Shown piece after piece: positions 46,462-58,414 of a stretch of DNA of 64,000 bases. The number at the start of each line of letters is the position of its first letter. Within the stretch, counting starts at the first letter, position 1. The translations under genes were made by a program, and so were the position numbers. The notes under the pieces were generated by a model. That model made no database searches, was not told the origin of the DNA, and worked only from the letters and a program-made list of their open reading frames with translations. This stretch comes from an uncultured Gemmatimonadales bacterium (GTDB lineage Bacteria > Gemmatimonadota > Gemmatimonadetes > Longimicrobiales > RSA9). The stretch is from contig CAWFKH010000006.1 in the NCBI GenBank assembly GCA_963816355.1, forward strand, positions 448,001 through 512,000, written 5' to 3'.

Positions 46462-48749
46462 GGCCGCGCCGGGTACGCGCCGCCGCCGCGGCCTCCGCGT
46501 GCGCACTCGCGCTCCTCGCCCTCGCCCAGTTCGCGCCGGGCGGCATCGCCCTCGCCGGCGCGGCGCCTGCCGCCGCGCAGCAGCCGAAGGCGCGCCTCGG
46601 CAGCGTCGCGGAGGCGCTCGCCGCGTCCGCCCTGCTTTCCGGGGCGCCGGCGCCGTCGAGCGTCAACTGGATCGCCGGCGGCCGCTTCTCCTACAGCGTT
46701 CGGAGTCGCCAGGGCTCCGATGTCCGCGTCTACGACCCGAAGAACCTGGACGACCAGGCCCTCTTCGACGCACGCGCGCTCACCCTGCCGGGCACCGGCG
46801 AGCCGCTCCGCTACCGCTCCTTCCAGTGGGCGGGCGACTCCAGCCACCTGCTCTTCGAGACGAACTTCCGGCCGATCTACCGCCACTCGGGCGTCTCGGA
46901 CTACTACCTGTACACCATCGCGACGAAGGCGCTGCGCCTCGTGGCGCGCGACGCCCGCACGGCCGCGCTCTCGCCCGATGGCCGCCGCATCGGCTTCGAG
47001 CGCGACGGCGACATCTTCGTGGCCGACCTCGCCGGCGGCGGCGAGCGGCGCCTCACCGAAACGGCCGGCGACTCCGTCTTCGACGGCCGCTCCGACTGGG
47101 TCTACGAGGAGGAGTACGGACAGGCGAAGGCGTGGAAATGGTCGCCGGACTCGCGCCACATCGCGTTCTGGCGCACGCACGAGGCCGGCGTCCCGATCCT
47201 CCAGCTCACCGACTGGGAGGGCGCGCATCCGGAGTGGACGCGCATCCCGATCCCGCTCGTCGGCGACACCAATCCGCGCGTGCGCATCGGCGTCGCCGAC
47301 GTCGCCAGCGGCGCCATCACGTGGCTCGACACCGGCGAGAGCGGCGATTTCTACATCCCGCGCGTCTACTGGACCAGCAGCCCCGACACACTCGCGGTGA
47401 TGACGCAGAACCGCGCGCAGAACGACGTCAAGATCTTCTTCTTCGACGTGCGGAGCGGCGCGCGGCGGCTCGTCTTCCACGAGACCTCCCCCACGTGGGT
47501 CGACATCTGGGACTTCTACGAGCGCGTCGACGATTTCATCACCTTCCCGCCGGGGCTGCGGCAGTTCTTCTGGATCTCGGATCGCGACGGCCATCAGCAC
47601 CTCTACCGCTACGACTACAGCGGCAAGCTGCTGAACCAGGTGACCCGCGGCGACTGGACGGTGACGCGCGTCGAGGCGGTCGACCCCGCTTCGAAGACGC
47701 TCTACTACACCTCCACGCAGGCCTCGCCGCTCCAGCGCCAGCTCTACGCGATCCGCTTCGACGGCTCCGGGCAGCGCCGCCTCACCGGGACCGAGGGCGT
47801 GCACGCGATCGACATGTCGCCCGACGGCCGCTACTACATCGACCGCTGGTCCAATGCGCACTCGCCTCGCCGCGTCGAGCTGTGGACCACCGCCGGCCGC
47901 AAGCTCGCGGACCTCGCCGTGCCCACCGCCACCGACGCCTATCTCCAGACCCACGCCTACGCGCCGCTCGAGTTCTTCCACTTCACCACCTCCGACGGCG
48001 CCCGCATCGACGGCTCGCTGCTGCGACCCGTCCCGTTCGACTCGACGAAGCGCTACCCCGTCGTCTTCGACATCTACGGCGGTCCCGGTTCACAGCAGGT
48101 GCTCGACGAGTTCCACTCCAACGGCTGGCAGCAGTACCTGGCGCAGCACGGCTACGTGGTGGTGGGGCTCAACAACCGCGGTTCCGCCAACTACGGCCGC
48201 GACTTCATGAAGGTCGTCTACGGCCGGCTCGGCACCTACGAGAGCCGTGATTTCGCCGAGGCCGCACGCTACCTCGCCTCCCTGTCGTGGATCGACGGCG
48301 ACCGCATGGCGATCAAGGGAACCAGCTACGGCGGCTACGCGACCATCTACACCATGCTCACCCACCCCGGCGTCTTCACCCTCGGCATCGCCAACTCCGG
48401 CGTCACCGACTGGCGCCTCTACGACAGCATCTACACCGAGCACTACATGGGCCTGCTCCCGGACAACCCCGATGGCTACGCCCGCAGCGCCGCCGAACCA
48501 TACGCCGACCAGCTCCGGGGCCACCTCCTCCTCGTCCATTCCGGCATGGACGAGAACGTGCGGCCCGCGAACACGATGCACCTCCTGACCGCGTTCGCCG
48601 AAGCGGGCAAGGACGTCGAGGTTCGCTTCTACCCGCCCGGCCGCCACGCCGCCGCCTTCGACGCCGCCAGCCGCCTCGTCATGACGCAGGCCTACACCGC
48701 CACGCTGTGCCGCTTCCTGAAGCCGGACTGCCCCGACGGCGGATCGTGA
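46458..48749 (+). CDS. S9B dipeptidyl-peptidase IV-like secreted peptidase
   Basis: ATGA overlap with uvrA; 'DWVYEEE', 'YGGPGSQ', nucleophile 'GTSYGG', 'DWRLYDSIYTE', 'DENV'. Confidence 0.92.
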   Translation: MRPRRVRAAAAASACALALLALAQFAPGGIALAGAAPAAAQQPKARLGSVAEALAASALLSGAPAPSSVNWIAGGRFSYSVRSRQGSDVRVYDPKNLDDQALFDARALTLPGTGEPLRYRSFQWAGDSSHLLFETNFRPIYRHSGVSDYYLYTIATKALRLVARDARTAALSPDGRRIGFERDGDIFVADLAGGGERRLTETAGDSVFDGRSDWVYEEEYGQAKAWKWSPDSRHIAFWRTHEAGVPILQLTDWEGAHPEWTRIPIPLVGDTNPRVRIGVADVASGAITWLDTGESGDFYIPRVYWTSSPDTLAVMTQNRAQNDVKIFFFDVRSGARRLVFHETSPTWVDIWDFYERVDDFITFPPGLRQFFWISDRDGHQHLYRYDYSGKLLNQVTRGDWTVTRVEAVDPASKTLYYTSTQASPLQRQLYAIRFDGSGQRRLTGTEGVHAIDMSPDGRYYIDRWSNAHSPRRVELWTTAGRKLADLAVPTATDAYLQTHAYAPLEFFHFTTSDGARIDGSLLRPVPFDSTKRYPVVFDIYGGPGSQQVLDEFHSNGWQQYLAQHGYVVVGLNNRGSANYGRDFMKVVYGRLGTYESRDFAEAARYLASLSWIDGDRMAIKGTSYGGYATIYTMLTHPGVFTLGIANSGVTDWRLYDSIYTEHYMGLLPDNPDGYARSAAEPYADQLRGHLLLVHSGMDENVRPANTMHLLTAFAEAGKDVEVRFYPPGRHAAAFDAASRLVMTQAYTATLCRFLKPDCPDGGS

Positions 48750-49702
48750 GCGCGCCGCCGGCCGTCGTCGTGACCGGCGCATCCAGCGGCATCGGCAACG
48801 CGACCGCCCTCCTCCTCGACGCGCGCGGGTTCCGCGTCTTCGCCGGCGTGCGCCGTGAGTCCGACGCCGCGGCGCTGCGCGGGCGCGCCTCCGACCGCCT
48901 GACCCCCGTCCGCCTCGACGTCACGAGCGCGGGCGACGTCGCCGCCGCCGTCGCCCTCGTCGAGGACGCGACCGGCGATGCCGGCCTCGCCGGCCTCGTC
49001 AACAACGCCGGCATCGCGATCGGCGCGCCCCTCGAGTTCGTCCCGCTCGCCGCGCTCCGCCGGCAGCTCGAGGTGAACGTCGTCGGCCCCGTCGCGCTGC
49101 TGCAGGGGTTCCTGCCGGCGCTGCGGCGGGCGCGCGGCCGCGTCGTCAACGTCGGCTCCATCGCCGGCCGCTCGACCGTCCCCTTCATCGCGCCCTACGC
49201 CGCCTCGAAGCACGCGCTGGAGGCGCTCAGCGACGCGCTCCGCGTCGAGCTGATGCCCTTCGGCGTCGACGTCGTCCTGATCGAGCCCGGCGCCGTCGCC
49301 ACCCCGATCTGGGAGCGCTCCCTCGCCGCATCCAACGCCATGGTCGCGACGGAGGCCGACGCCGCCGCCGCATCGCCGCGCGTGCATGCCCTGCCTCACC
49401 CGGCCTCCGATGCCGGCCGGGCCGAAGCGATCGATCCGGCTCGGGCCGCCCTGCTCGAAAGCCTCTACGGTCCCGCGCTGAACCGGCTGCGGCGCTACGT
49501 GGAAGGCTCGCCGGAGCGCGGCATCCCCGCCGACGTCGTGGCACGCGCGATCCTGCACGCGCTGAGGGCCCGCCGCCCCCGCACCCGCTACCTGCTCGGC
49601 CGCGACGCCCGGCTGCGCCTGCTCCTGCGCTGGCTGCCGGACCGCTGGCGCGACCATATCCTCGCCGACCGCATCTGGGGACGGGCCCGCGGCGGCCGCT
49701 GA
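48746..49702 (+). CDS. SDR family oxidoreductase
   Basis: GTGA overlap; 'TGASSGIG', 'LVNNAG', 'YAASK'. Confidence 0.9.
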   Translation: MSAPPAVVVTGASSGIGNATALLLDARGFRVFAGVRRESDAAALRGRASDRLTPVRLDVTSAGDVAAAVALVEDATGDAGLAGLVNNAGIAIGAPLEFVPLAALRRQLEVNVVGPVALLQGFLPALRRARGRVVNVGSIAGRSTVPFIAPYAASKHALEALSDALRVELMPFGVDVVLIEPGAVATPIWERSLAASNAMVATEADAAAASPRVHALPHPASDAGRAEAIDPARAALLESLYGPALNRLRRYVEGSPERGIPADVVARAILHALRARRPRTRYLLGRDARLRLLLRWLPDRWRDHILADRIWGRARGGR

Positions 49703-49724
49703 GGGCGGTGCCGCCGCGCCGGTT

Positions 49725-49778
49725 CCGCTGCGGACCGTGGGTCCGCCGCGGACCGTGCGGCCGCTGCGGACCGTGGAT
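49725..49778. repeat. 18-bp tandem repeat x3 upstream of gyrA
   Basis: CCGCTGCGGACCGTGGGT / CCGCCGCGGACCGTGCGG / CCGCTGCGGACCGTGGAT. Confidence 0.75.
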
Positions 49779-49908
49779 CCGGTCCCTGCTTTTCGCACGC
49801 CCGTGCGCGCGTGCGCGCCTCGCGCGCGCGGGGAAATTTGGTTAACTTTCGGGGTATCCATTTCCGTGACGTTCTCGTATCTCCGACGCAGGAGCTGAAG
49901 CGCGCCCC

Positions 49909-52477
<2,569 letters not shown>

Positions 52478-52541
52478 GCACCGGCGCACGAACCGGAGAG
52501 CGCCGGGCGCGTCCTCTGCCGGAACGCGTGAGCGCGACGCG

Positions 52542-53564
52542 ATGACCCCTGCGGAGACTTCGCCCGCGCTCGTTACGCCCCGGGCGATCGAGGCCGCTGC
52601 GGAGGCGCTGCGGGGCGTCGCCGTCCGTACGCCGCTCCTGCCCGCGGCATGGCTCCATGAGAGGCTCGGCGCGGAGGTCCGCTTGAAGGCGGAGAACCTT
52701 CAGCACGCCGGCGCGTTCAAGCTGCGCGGCGCCTACACGATGATCGCCCGTCTTTCCGACGACGAGCGCCGGCGCGGCGTGATCACCTACTCCTCCGGCA
52801 ACCACGCGCAGGCCGTCGCCTTTGCCGCGCGGCTCTTTGCGGTGCCCGCGACGGTCGTCATGCCGACGACGGCTCCGGTCGTGAAAGTGCGGGGCACGCG
52901 CGATTTCGGGGCCGACGTCGTGTTCGAGGGCACTACGTCGGTGGAGCGCAAGCGCCGCGCGGAAGCGATCGCGGCGGAGCGCGGCCTCACCATGGTCCCC
53001 CCCTTCGACCACCCGGACATCATCGCGGGGCAGGGCACCGTGGGCATGGAGATCGTCGACGATTGGCCCCAGGTCGAGACGATCCTCGTGCCGATCGGCG
53101 GCGGCGGGCTGATCTCCGGCGTCGCGGCGTGGGTGCGCCGTCGCAGTGCGTCCTGTCGGATCGTGGGCGTCGAGCCGCGAGGCGCCGCCTCGATGCGCGC
53201 ATCCCTCGATGCCGGCGGGCCTGTCACGCTGAGCGGCGTCGATACGATCGCCGACGGCCTCATGCCGGTGCGGCCGGGGGACCTCACCTTCGCGCACGTG
53301 AAGGAGCTCGTCGACGATGTGGTCCTGGTGGACGACGACGCGATCCGCGACGCGGCGCGCCAGGTGTTGGTCCGCAGCAAGCTGCTCGTGGAGTATTCCG
53401 GCGCCGCGACACTGGCGGCGCTGGCGTCCGGCGCATGGCCGGCCCGGGGACGCCGGTGCGTGGCAGTGCTGTCGGGAGGCAACATAGAGCCAGCCTTCGC
53501 GGCGCGGCTGCTTCAAGCCGAGGCGGACGCGGTCGAATCGGAGGAAGAAGCGACGCGAGGCTGA
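52542..53564 (+). CDS. PLP-dependent threonine/serine dehydratase (no regulatory domain)
   Basis: 'KAENLQHAGAFKLRGA', 'SSGNHAQ', 'PIGGGGL', 'LSGGN'. Confidence 0.9.
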   Translation: MTPAETSPALVTPRAIEAAAEALRGVAVRTPLLPAAWLHERLGAEVRLKAENLQHAGAFKLRGAYTMIARLSDDERRRGVITYSSGNHAQAVAFAARLFAVPATVVMPTTAPVVKVRGTRDFGADVVFEGTTSVERKRRAEAIAAERGLTMVPPFDHPDIIAGQGTVGMEIVDDWPQVETILVPIGGGGLISGVAAWVRRRSASCRIVGVEPRGAASMRASLDAGGPVTLSGVDTIADGLMPVRPGDLTFAHVKELVDDVVLVDDDAIRDAARQVLVRSKLLVEYSGAATLAALASGAWPARGRRCVAVLSGGNIEPAFAARLLQAEADAVESEEEATRG

Positions 53565-53617
53565 GAGGCCGCGGGCGCCAGCCGAGGCAGGCAGGCGACG
53601 ACCTTCTCAACGTTTGA

Positions 53618-54713
53618 GCGTCTGTTCGCGGAAAATGTGGGGGGCCCGCGCGGCTATGGAATCGCCCCTGAATCGCCGCGACTTTCGCGCATGGATCCTT
53701 CGCCGCCGCCTCCCGGACCAGAGTCACCCTTCGTTCACGTTCCAGCGAACGCCCGCTCTCGATCGGCGCGGGTGCATGGCGCGAGCGGTGCTTCTCGATC
53801 CGACGCGGATGCCGTGGACCCCCTGCTCCGGGAGATTCGCGAGGCGCGCTATTGGAACGGCGTGCATTGCCCCCGCTGCGGCGCGTCGAGAGTCCATCGC
53901 TGGGGCAGCTTCGCGGGGCGGCAACGCTACCGCTGCTGCGGGTGCGCTCGCACCTTCAGCGACCTGACGGGGACCCCCGGCCGTTATGTCAAGAAGCTCC
54001 ATCTGTGGCGACGCTACGCAGGTTGTCTCGAGCGTGGATGGTCGCTTCGCCGAACCGCTGCCCAACTCGACATTCACGTGTCTACGGCGTTCCGCTGGCG
54101 CCACCGGCTCCTCCTCGAGCTCCGGAAAGAGGAGGACGCGACGTGCGTCGGCGGTATGGTGGAGGTCGATGCCGAGAGGCTCGGAAGCCGTACGCTGCTC
54201 CTGGCGGCGGATCGTCGCGGAAACACGTTCTCGGCCACCGCCGTCGCCTTCGGGATCCGCGTGCCGGTCCACGAGATGGAGCGGCTCCTCGGCGATAGGC
54301 TGGAGCTGGGGGCGACGCTGCTCGCCGCTCAGGGCCGCTTGAGTCCCGCGGCGTTGTTCGCACGGCGGAAGCGCGCGGCATTCCGGCCCGCGTCGCGCGC
54401 CTTCGGGCCTGCTCCGTACGACGTCGCAATGCAGCCTCGTTCGCTCACGCATCTGCGAACCGTGCGCGGATTTGGGCGCCGACTCCGCCTCTGGCTCCGA
54501 AGGTTTCGTGGTGTCGGCGATGTCTACCTGGGCAATTACCTGGCGTGGCACCGTCGACTCGACGACGATCGTCGCGGCAGCTTTGCCGCGATGGCTTTGC
54601 GCTGGCCCCTCGACGACGGCTTCAGTTGACGGGTTCCTGAGCGAGCACGGCGCAATGATTCGGCAGATCGATCCGCGCGTCGGCGCCACCCAACAGTTCC
54701 TGAGAACAGAGGC
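53618..54713 (+). mobile_element. IS1595-family element with imperfect 25-bp TIRs
   Basis: Left GCGTCTGTTCGCGGAAAATGTGGGG vs reverse complement of right end GCCTCTGTTCTCAGGAACTGTTGGG (19/25); encloses a transposase-like ORF; no TSD seen. Confidence 0.7.
53691..54629 (+). CDS. IS1595-family transposase-like protein (degenerate catalytic motifs)
   Basis: Zn ribbon 'CPRCG...QRYRCCGCARTFSDLTGTP', HTH 'SLRRTAAQLDIHVSTAFRWRHR', 'RFRGV..YLGNYLAW'; start uncertain. Confidence 0.8.
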   Translation: MDPSPPPPGPESPFVHVPANARSRSARVHGASGASRSDADAVDPLLREIREARYWNGVHCPRCGASRVHRWGSFAGRQRYRCCGCARTFSDLTGTPGRYVKKLHLWRRYAGCLERGWSLRRTAAQLDIHVSTAFRWRHRLLLELRKEEDATCVGGMVEVDAERLGSRTLLLAADRRGNTFSATAVAFGIRVPVHEMERLLGDRLELGATLLAAQGRLSPAALFARRKRAAFRPASRAFGPAPYDVAMQPRSLTHLRTVRGFGRRLRLWLRRFRGVGDVYLGNYLAWHRRLDDDRRGSFAAMALRWPLDDGFS

Positions 54714-54788
54714 GCAGGCGAGTGCGAGAGGGACGTAGGGCCGCCCTGTCACACAGCCGCCGACCCGCCGACCGGTGCCACGTCCGCT

Positions 54789-55241
54789 TCATTCTCCGAG
54801 CCCCGGGCCCCACTGAACCACCGCCACTTCCACTCGCGCGGCGCCACGGCGGAGGAAGCCGAGTCGGCGTGCGGCTCCTTTGGACACGTCGAGGATCCGC
54901 GCCTTGCCGCTCCGGCCCGTCGAATACGGGCCGCGGTCGATGACGCGAAGGCGCGTGCTGCGGCCGTTGTCCAGGTTGGTCACTCTCAGGATGGTGCCGA
55001 ACGGGTAGCTGCGGTGCGCCGCGACCATCTTCGACTGGTCGAGCGGCTCCCCACTCGCCGTCCGTCGCCTGTGCAGTATGTCCGCGTAGTACGTCGCCTC
55101 GCCGGTATCCGTCGCCGCTTGGGGTGCCTCCGCAACCGCGCCGTCGCCGCCCGCCGAGGAATCTTCCTTCGTGCGTCCGCCACATGCTGCCGCGCATGCG
55201 ACGGCGCCGAGAAGGACCATTGTCCGGGCAGCTCGGTTCAT
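54789..55241 (-). CDS. rlpA: Septal ring lytic transglycosylase RlpA family (DPBB only), lipoprotein
   Basis: AGGAG RBS; 'AAAC'; 'GEATYY', 'TASGE', 'AAHRSYPFGT', 'IDRGPY', 'LDVS'. Confidence 0.88.
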   Translation of the reverse strand: MNRAARTMVLLGAVACAAACGGRTKEDSSAGGDGAVAEAPQAATDTGEATYYADILHRRRTASGEPLDQSKMVAAHRSYPFGTILRVTNLDNGRSTRLRVIDRGPYSTGRSGKARILDVSKGAARRLGFLRRGAARVEVAVVQWGPGLGE

Positions 55242-55419
55242 CCGTCTCCTTTCCGGAGGATCATCATTCGACCGAGTCTCATGGCCGAAAAGCTCGCAAG
55301 AATCACGCGGGCAAGCTCGCGCCAGGCCGGATTGCGGAGCACCGTGTCGCGAGTGCGCGTTGCCGCGGCGCAACGGCCGCACGTAGCTTGAGCGCGGCTG
55401 ATCCCGCTCCGGGGCGCCG

Positions 55420-55521
55420 CCGACGTCGCTGGCGCACCGACGTCGCTGGCGCACCGACGTCGCCGGCGGCACCGATGTCGCTGGCGGCACGACGTCGCTG
55501 GCGGCACGACGTCGCCGGCGG
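55420..55521. repeat. 17-18-bp tandem repeat x6 with palindromic core CGACGTCG
   Basis: (C)CGAYGTCGCYGGCG(G)CA units at 55420, 55437, 55454, 55472, 55490 and 55507. Confidence 0.8.
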
Positions 55522-55551
55522 TCGCGTGCAACCGATATTCCAGGGGGCCGG

Positions 55552-56637
55552 ATGCCAGATGCGCGTGGAACGAGCGACGGCGCGCGGACGCTGACCGCAG
55601 TGTCGGGGATCCGGGTGGGCCACGCGACGAACGCGGATGCGCGCACGGGATGTACTGTCGTGCTCGGCCCCTTCCGTGCCGCGTGCGACATCCGGGGTCT
55701 CGCCACGGGTGCGCGCGATCTCGGCACGCTGGAGCCGCACCACCTGGCGCCACGCGCCGATGCGATCCTGCTCACCGGGGGATCGGCGTTCGGCCTCGCC
55801 GCGGCGGATGGCGTCGTCGCGTGGGTCGAGGAGCACGGCGGCGGCTTCGACACCGGCTTCGCTCGCGTGCCGATCGTGCCGGCGGCGGTGATCTACGATC
55901 TGGGGGTGGGGCGCGCCGACGTCCGCCCGGGCCCGGCGATGGGCCGCGCGGCGTGCGAGGCGGCGATGGGCCGCGCGGCGTGCGATGCGGCGAGTGCCGC
56001 CGCCGTCGCCGAGGGCGCCGTCGGAGCGGGGACGGGCGCCACCGTCGGCAAGGTCGCCGGCTACGAGGGAGCGGCGCCGGGAGGTGTGGGGACATGGGCG
56101 GAGGCCGCGGCCGGATCCGGCGGCGCGACGCTCGCGGCCCTCGCGGTCGTCAACGCACTCGGCGATGTCCTCGCGGCCGACGGTGTTATCCTCGCCGGGG
56201 CGCGCAGGCCCGACGGGAGCTTCCTGGACGCCGCCGCGTTCCTGGCCGACGCGGCGCGTGAGGGGGATCCTGGCTCGCTCGCCCGACACGCGCCCGTGCC
56301 CGGAACCAACACGACACTCGTCGTCGTGGCGACGGACGCGCCGCTCGACCGGAGCGCGCTTCAGATCCTCGCGCGCGCGGGATCGGCGGCGATCGCGCGC
56401 CGCATCGCGCCGGCGCACACACCGTTCGACGGCGACGTCGTCTTCGCGGTCTCGACCGCGGAGCGGACCGAGAGCGCGACTCCGGAGGCGCTGCTGGCGT
56501 TGGGCGCCCTGACGACACGCTGCGTCGCGCGCGCGATCGAGAGGGCGGTCGGCGGGGACACGGGCACCACGGCGGTCGGCGGGGACACGGGCACCACGGC
56601 GGTCGGCGGGGACACGGGCACCGGGCGCGCCGGCTGA
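55552..56637 (+). CDS. P1/DmpA-family (S58) aminopeptidase
   Basis: 'TGCTV', 'LTGGSAFGLAAADGV', 'VGAGTGA', autocleavage 'NTT', 'DGDVVF'; C-terminal 27-bp repeat x3. Confidence 0.9.
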   Translation: MPDARGTSDGARTLTAVSGIRVGHATNADARTGCTVVLGPFRAACDIRGLATGARDLGTLEPHHLAPRADAILLTGGSAFGLAAADGVVAWVEEHGGGFDTGFARVPIVPAAVIYDLGVGRADVRPGPAMGRAACEAAMGRAACDAASAAAVAEGAVGAGTGATVGKVAGYEGAAPGGVGTWAEAAAGSGGATLAALAVVNALGDVLAADGVILAGARRPDGSFLDAAAFLADAAREGDPGSLARHAPVPGTNTTLVVVATDAPLDRSALQILARAGSAAIARRIAPAHTPFDGDVVFAVSTAERTESATPEALLALGALTTRCVARAIERAVGGDTGTTAVGGDTGTTAVGGDTGTGRAG

Positions 56638-57629
56638 TCCTCCCCCCGCGCGGCTGCGGTGCTCCCGGAACGGGGTTCGGGCGGCGGCGGCGCGAGCCCG
56701 CCGTCGGGCGGCACCGTGTCGGCCGGCACGCGCACGAGTCCCGTGTCCGGCGGCACCGTGTCGGCCGGCACGCGTACGAGTCCCGTGTCGAGAACGGCGC
56801 TGCCGGAGTCGACGGGTGTGCCCAACAGCTCCGGGACGGTGTCGGCGGCTTCCTCCTCCCCGATCGGTACGGTCTCGACCGGCCCGCTCGCGCCCATGCG
56901 GGCGAGGATCAGGCGGCGTCGCCACGCCATGCGGCCGGGGCGCCGATCGGGGTTGATGCTGAGCGGGTGCGGCAGCGTCGCGGCGAGGGACGCGGCCTCG
57001 CCGGGCGAGAGATCGGCGGCGGAGTGGCCGAAGTAGTGCCGCGCCGCCGCTTCGGCGCCGAAGATGCCGGGGCCCCACTCGGCGCTGTTCAGGTACAGCT
57101 CCAGGATGCGGTCCTTGGAGAGGAAGAGCTCGAGTCGCTTCGCCACGACGAGCTCTTCGAGCTTGCGCAGCGCTGAGCGCTCGGTCGAGAAGTACAGATT
57201 CTTCGCGAGCTGCTGGGTGATCGTGCTGCGGCCGCGGATCCGGTCGCTGTGGGCGCGGTAATAGTCGAAGGAGGCGAGCAGCGCGTGCAGGTCCGCCGGA
57301 TCGAAGAGGGAGAAGTCGTCGTCGCCGCGGTAGTGGAACTCCTGGCGCAGGGCAGTCCAGTCGACGCCGTGGTGCTCGCGGAAGCGCCCGTCTTCGGCGA
57401 CCACGACGGCGCGGCGCAGGCTGCGCGAGATGTCGTCGAGCGGCACGCGGTCGTGACGGATGTGGAGGGTGTCGCCGCGCGCGTGGGCCTCGGCCACGCG
57501 CTGGCGCATGAGCGCCGTCGTGCGCGGCGTGTGCCAGCGCAGCGTGAGCCCCCACGGCAGCGCGAGCAGGAAGAACCACAGCGCGCCGACGAACGCGAGC
57601 GGCAGCGCGATCAGCAGGCGCTTCCACAT
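56361..57629 (-). CDS. mtgA: Monofunctional peptidoglycan glycosyltransferase with long repetitive C-tail
   Basis: N-terminal TM; 'AEDGRFREHHGVD', 'STITQQLAKNL', 'RKLEE', 'SKDRILELYLN'; 3' end overlaps the convergent gene. Confidence 0.85.
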   Translation of the reverse strand: MWKRLLIALPLAFVGALWFFLLALPWGLTLRWHTPRTTALMRQRVAEAHARGDTLHIRHDRVPLDDISRSLRRAVVVAEDGRFREHHGVDWTALRQEFHYRGDDDFSLFDPADLHALLASFDYYRAHSDRIRGRSTITQQLAKNLYFSTERSALRKLEELVVAKRLELFLSKDRILELYLNSAEWGPGIFGAEAAARHYFGHSAADLSPGEAASLAATLPHPLSINPDRRPGRMAWRRRLILARMGASGPVETVPIGEEEAADTVPELLGTPVDSGSAVLDTGLVRVPADTVPPDTGLVRVPADTVPPDGGLAPPPPEPRSGSTAAARGEDQPARPVPVSPPTAVVPVSPPTAVVPVSPPTALSIARATQRVVRAPNASSASGVALSVRSAVETAKTTSPSNGVCAGAMRRAIAADPARARI

Positions 57630-57644
57630 GGCCCGGGAGCGAAA

Positions 57645-58340
57645 ATGAGACGGCTCGTTCTTTTCGACATCGACGGCACGATCCTCAGCACGAACGGGGC
57701 CGCGAAGCGCGCGTTCCATCGCGCGATGATCAATGTGTACGGTGCGGCCGGCCCGATCGACGACCACGACTTCTCGGGGAAGACGGACCCGCAGATCGCG
57801 CGCGAGCTGCTCTCGCTGCACGGACTGGAGAGTGGGGAGATCGAGTCCGGCTTCGCCAGACTGTGGCGGAGCTACCTGAGCGAGCTGGAGCGGGAGCTGG
57901 CGCTGCCGGAGCACCGCAGCCGGCTGATGCCGGGGATCGCGGCGCTGATCGACGCGCTCGAGCGTCGCGTGGACGACGTCGTCCTGGGCCTCCTCACCGG
58001 CAACATCGAGCCGGGCGCGCGGCTGAAGCTGCGTTCCGTAGGGCTGGACGACCGCTTCGCCATCGGGGCGTACGGCTCGGACGCGGAGCGGCGGGACGCG
58101 CTCCCCGCGGTCGCGGTCGAGCGGGCGCGCGAGCGGTGGGGGCGCGAGTACCGCGGGCGCGACGTCGTCGTCATCGGCGACACGCCGCACGACGTCACCT
58201 GCGGCCGCTCGCTCGGCGTGCTCGCGCTGGGGGTCGCGACCGGCCGCTTCGACGCGGACGCGCTGCGCGCCGCGGGCGCCGACGCGGTGGTGCCCGATCT
58301 CTCCGACACTGCCGGGATCCTGGATGTGATTGTCGGGTAA
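57645..58340 (+). CDS. HAD-family hydrolase (phosphoglycolate phosphatase-like)
   Basis: 'LFDIDGT', 'LLTGN', 'IGDTPHD'. Confidence 0.9.
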   Translation: MRRLVLFDIDGTILSTNGAAKRAFHRAMINVYGAAGPIDDHDFSGKTDPQIARELLSLHGLESGEIESGFARLWRSYLSELERELALPEHRSRLMPGIAALIDALERRVDDVVLGLLTGNIEPGARLKLRSVGLDDRFAIGAYGSDAERRDALPAVAVERARERWGREYRGRDVVVIGDTPHDVTCGRSLGVLALGVATGRFDADALRAAGADAVVPDLSDTAGILDVIVG

Positions 58341-58414
58341 TGCGGGCTTTCCCGGCGGCCCCGTCGGATGATAGGTTTTTCACTTGAAGCTCTCATTCCG
58401 CGGAGGAAGGCAAC

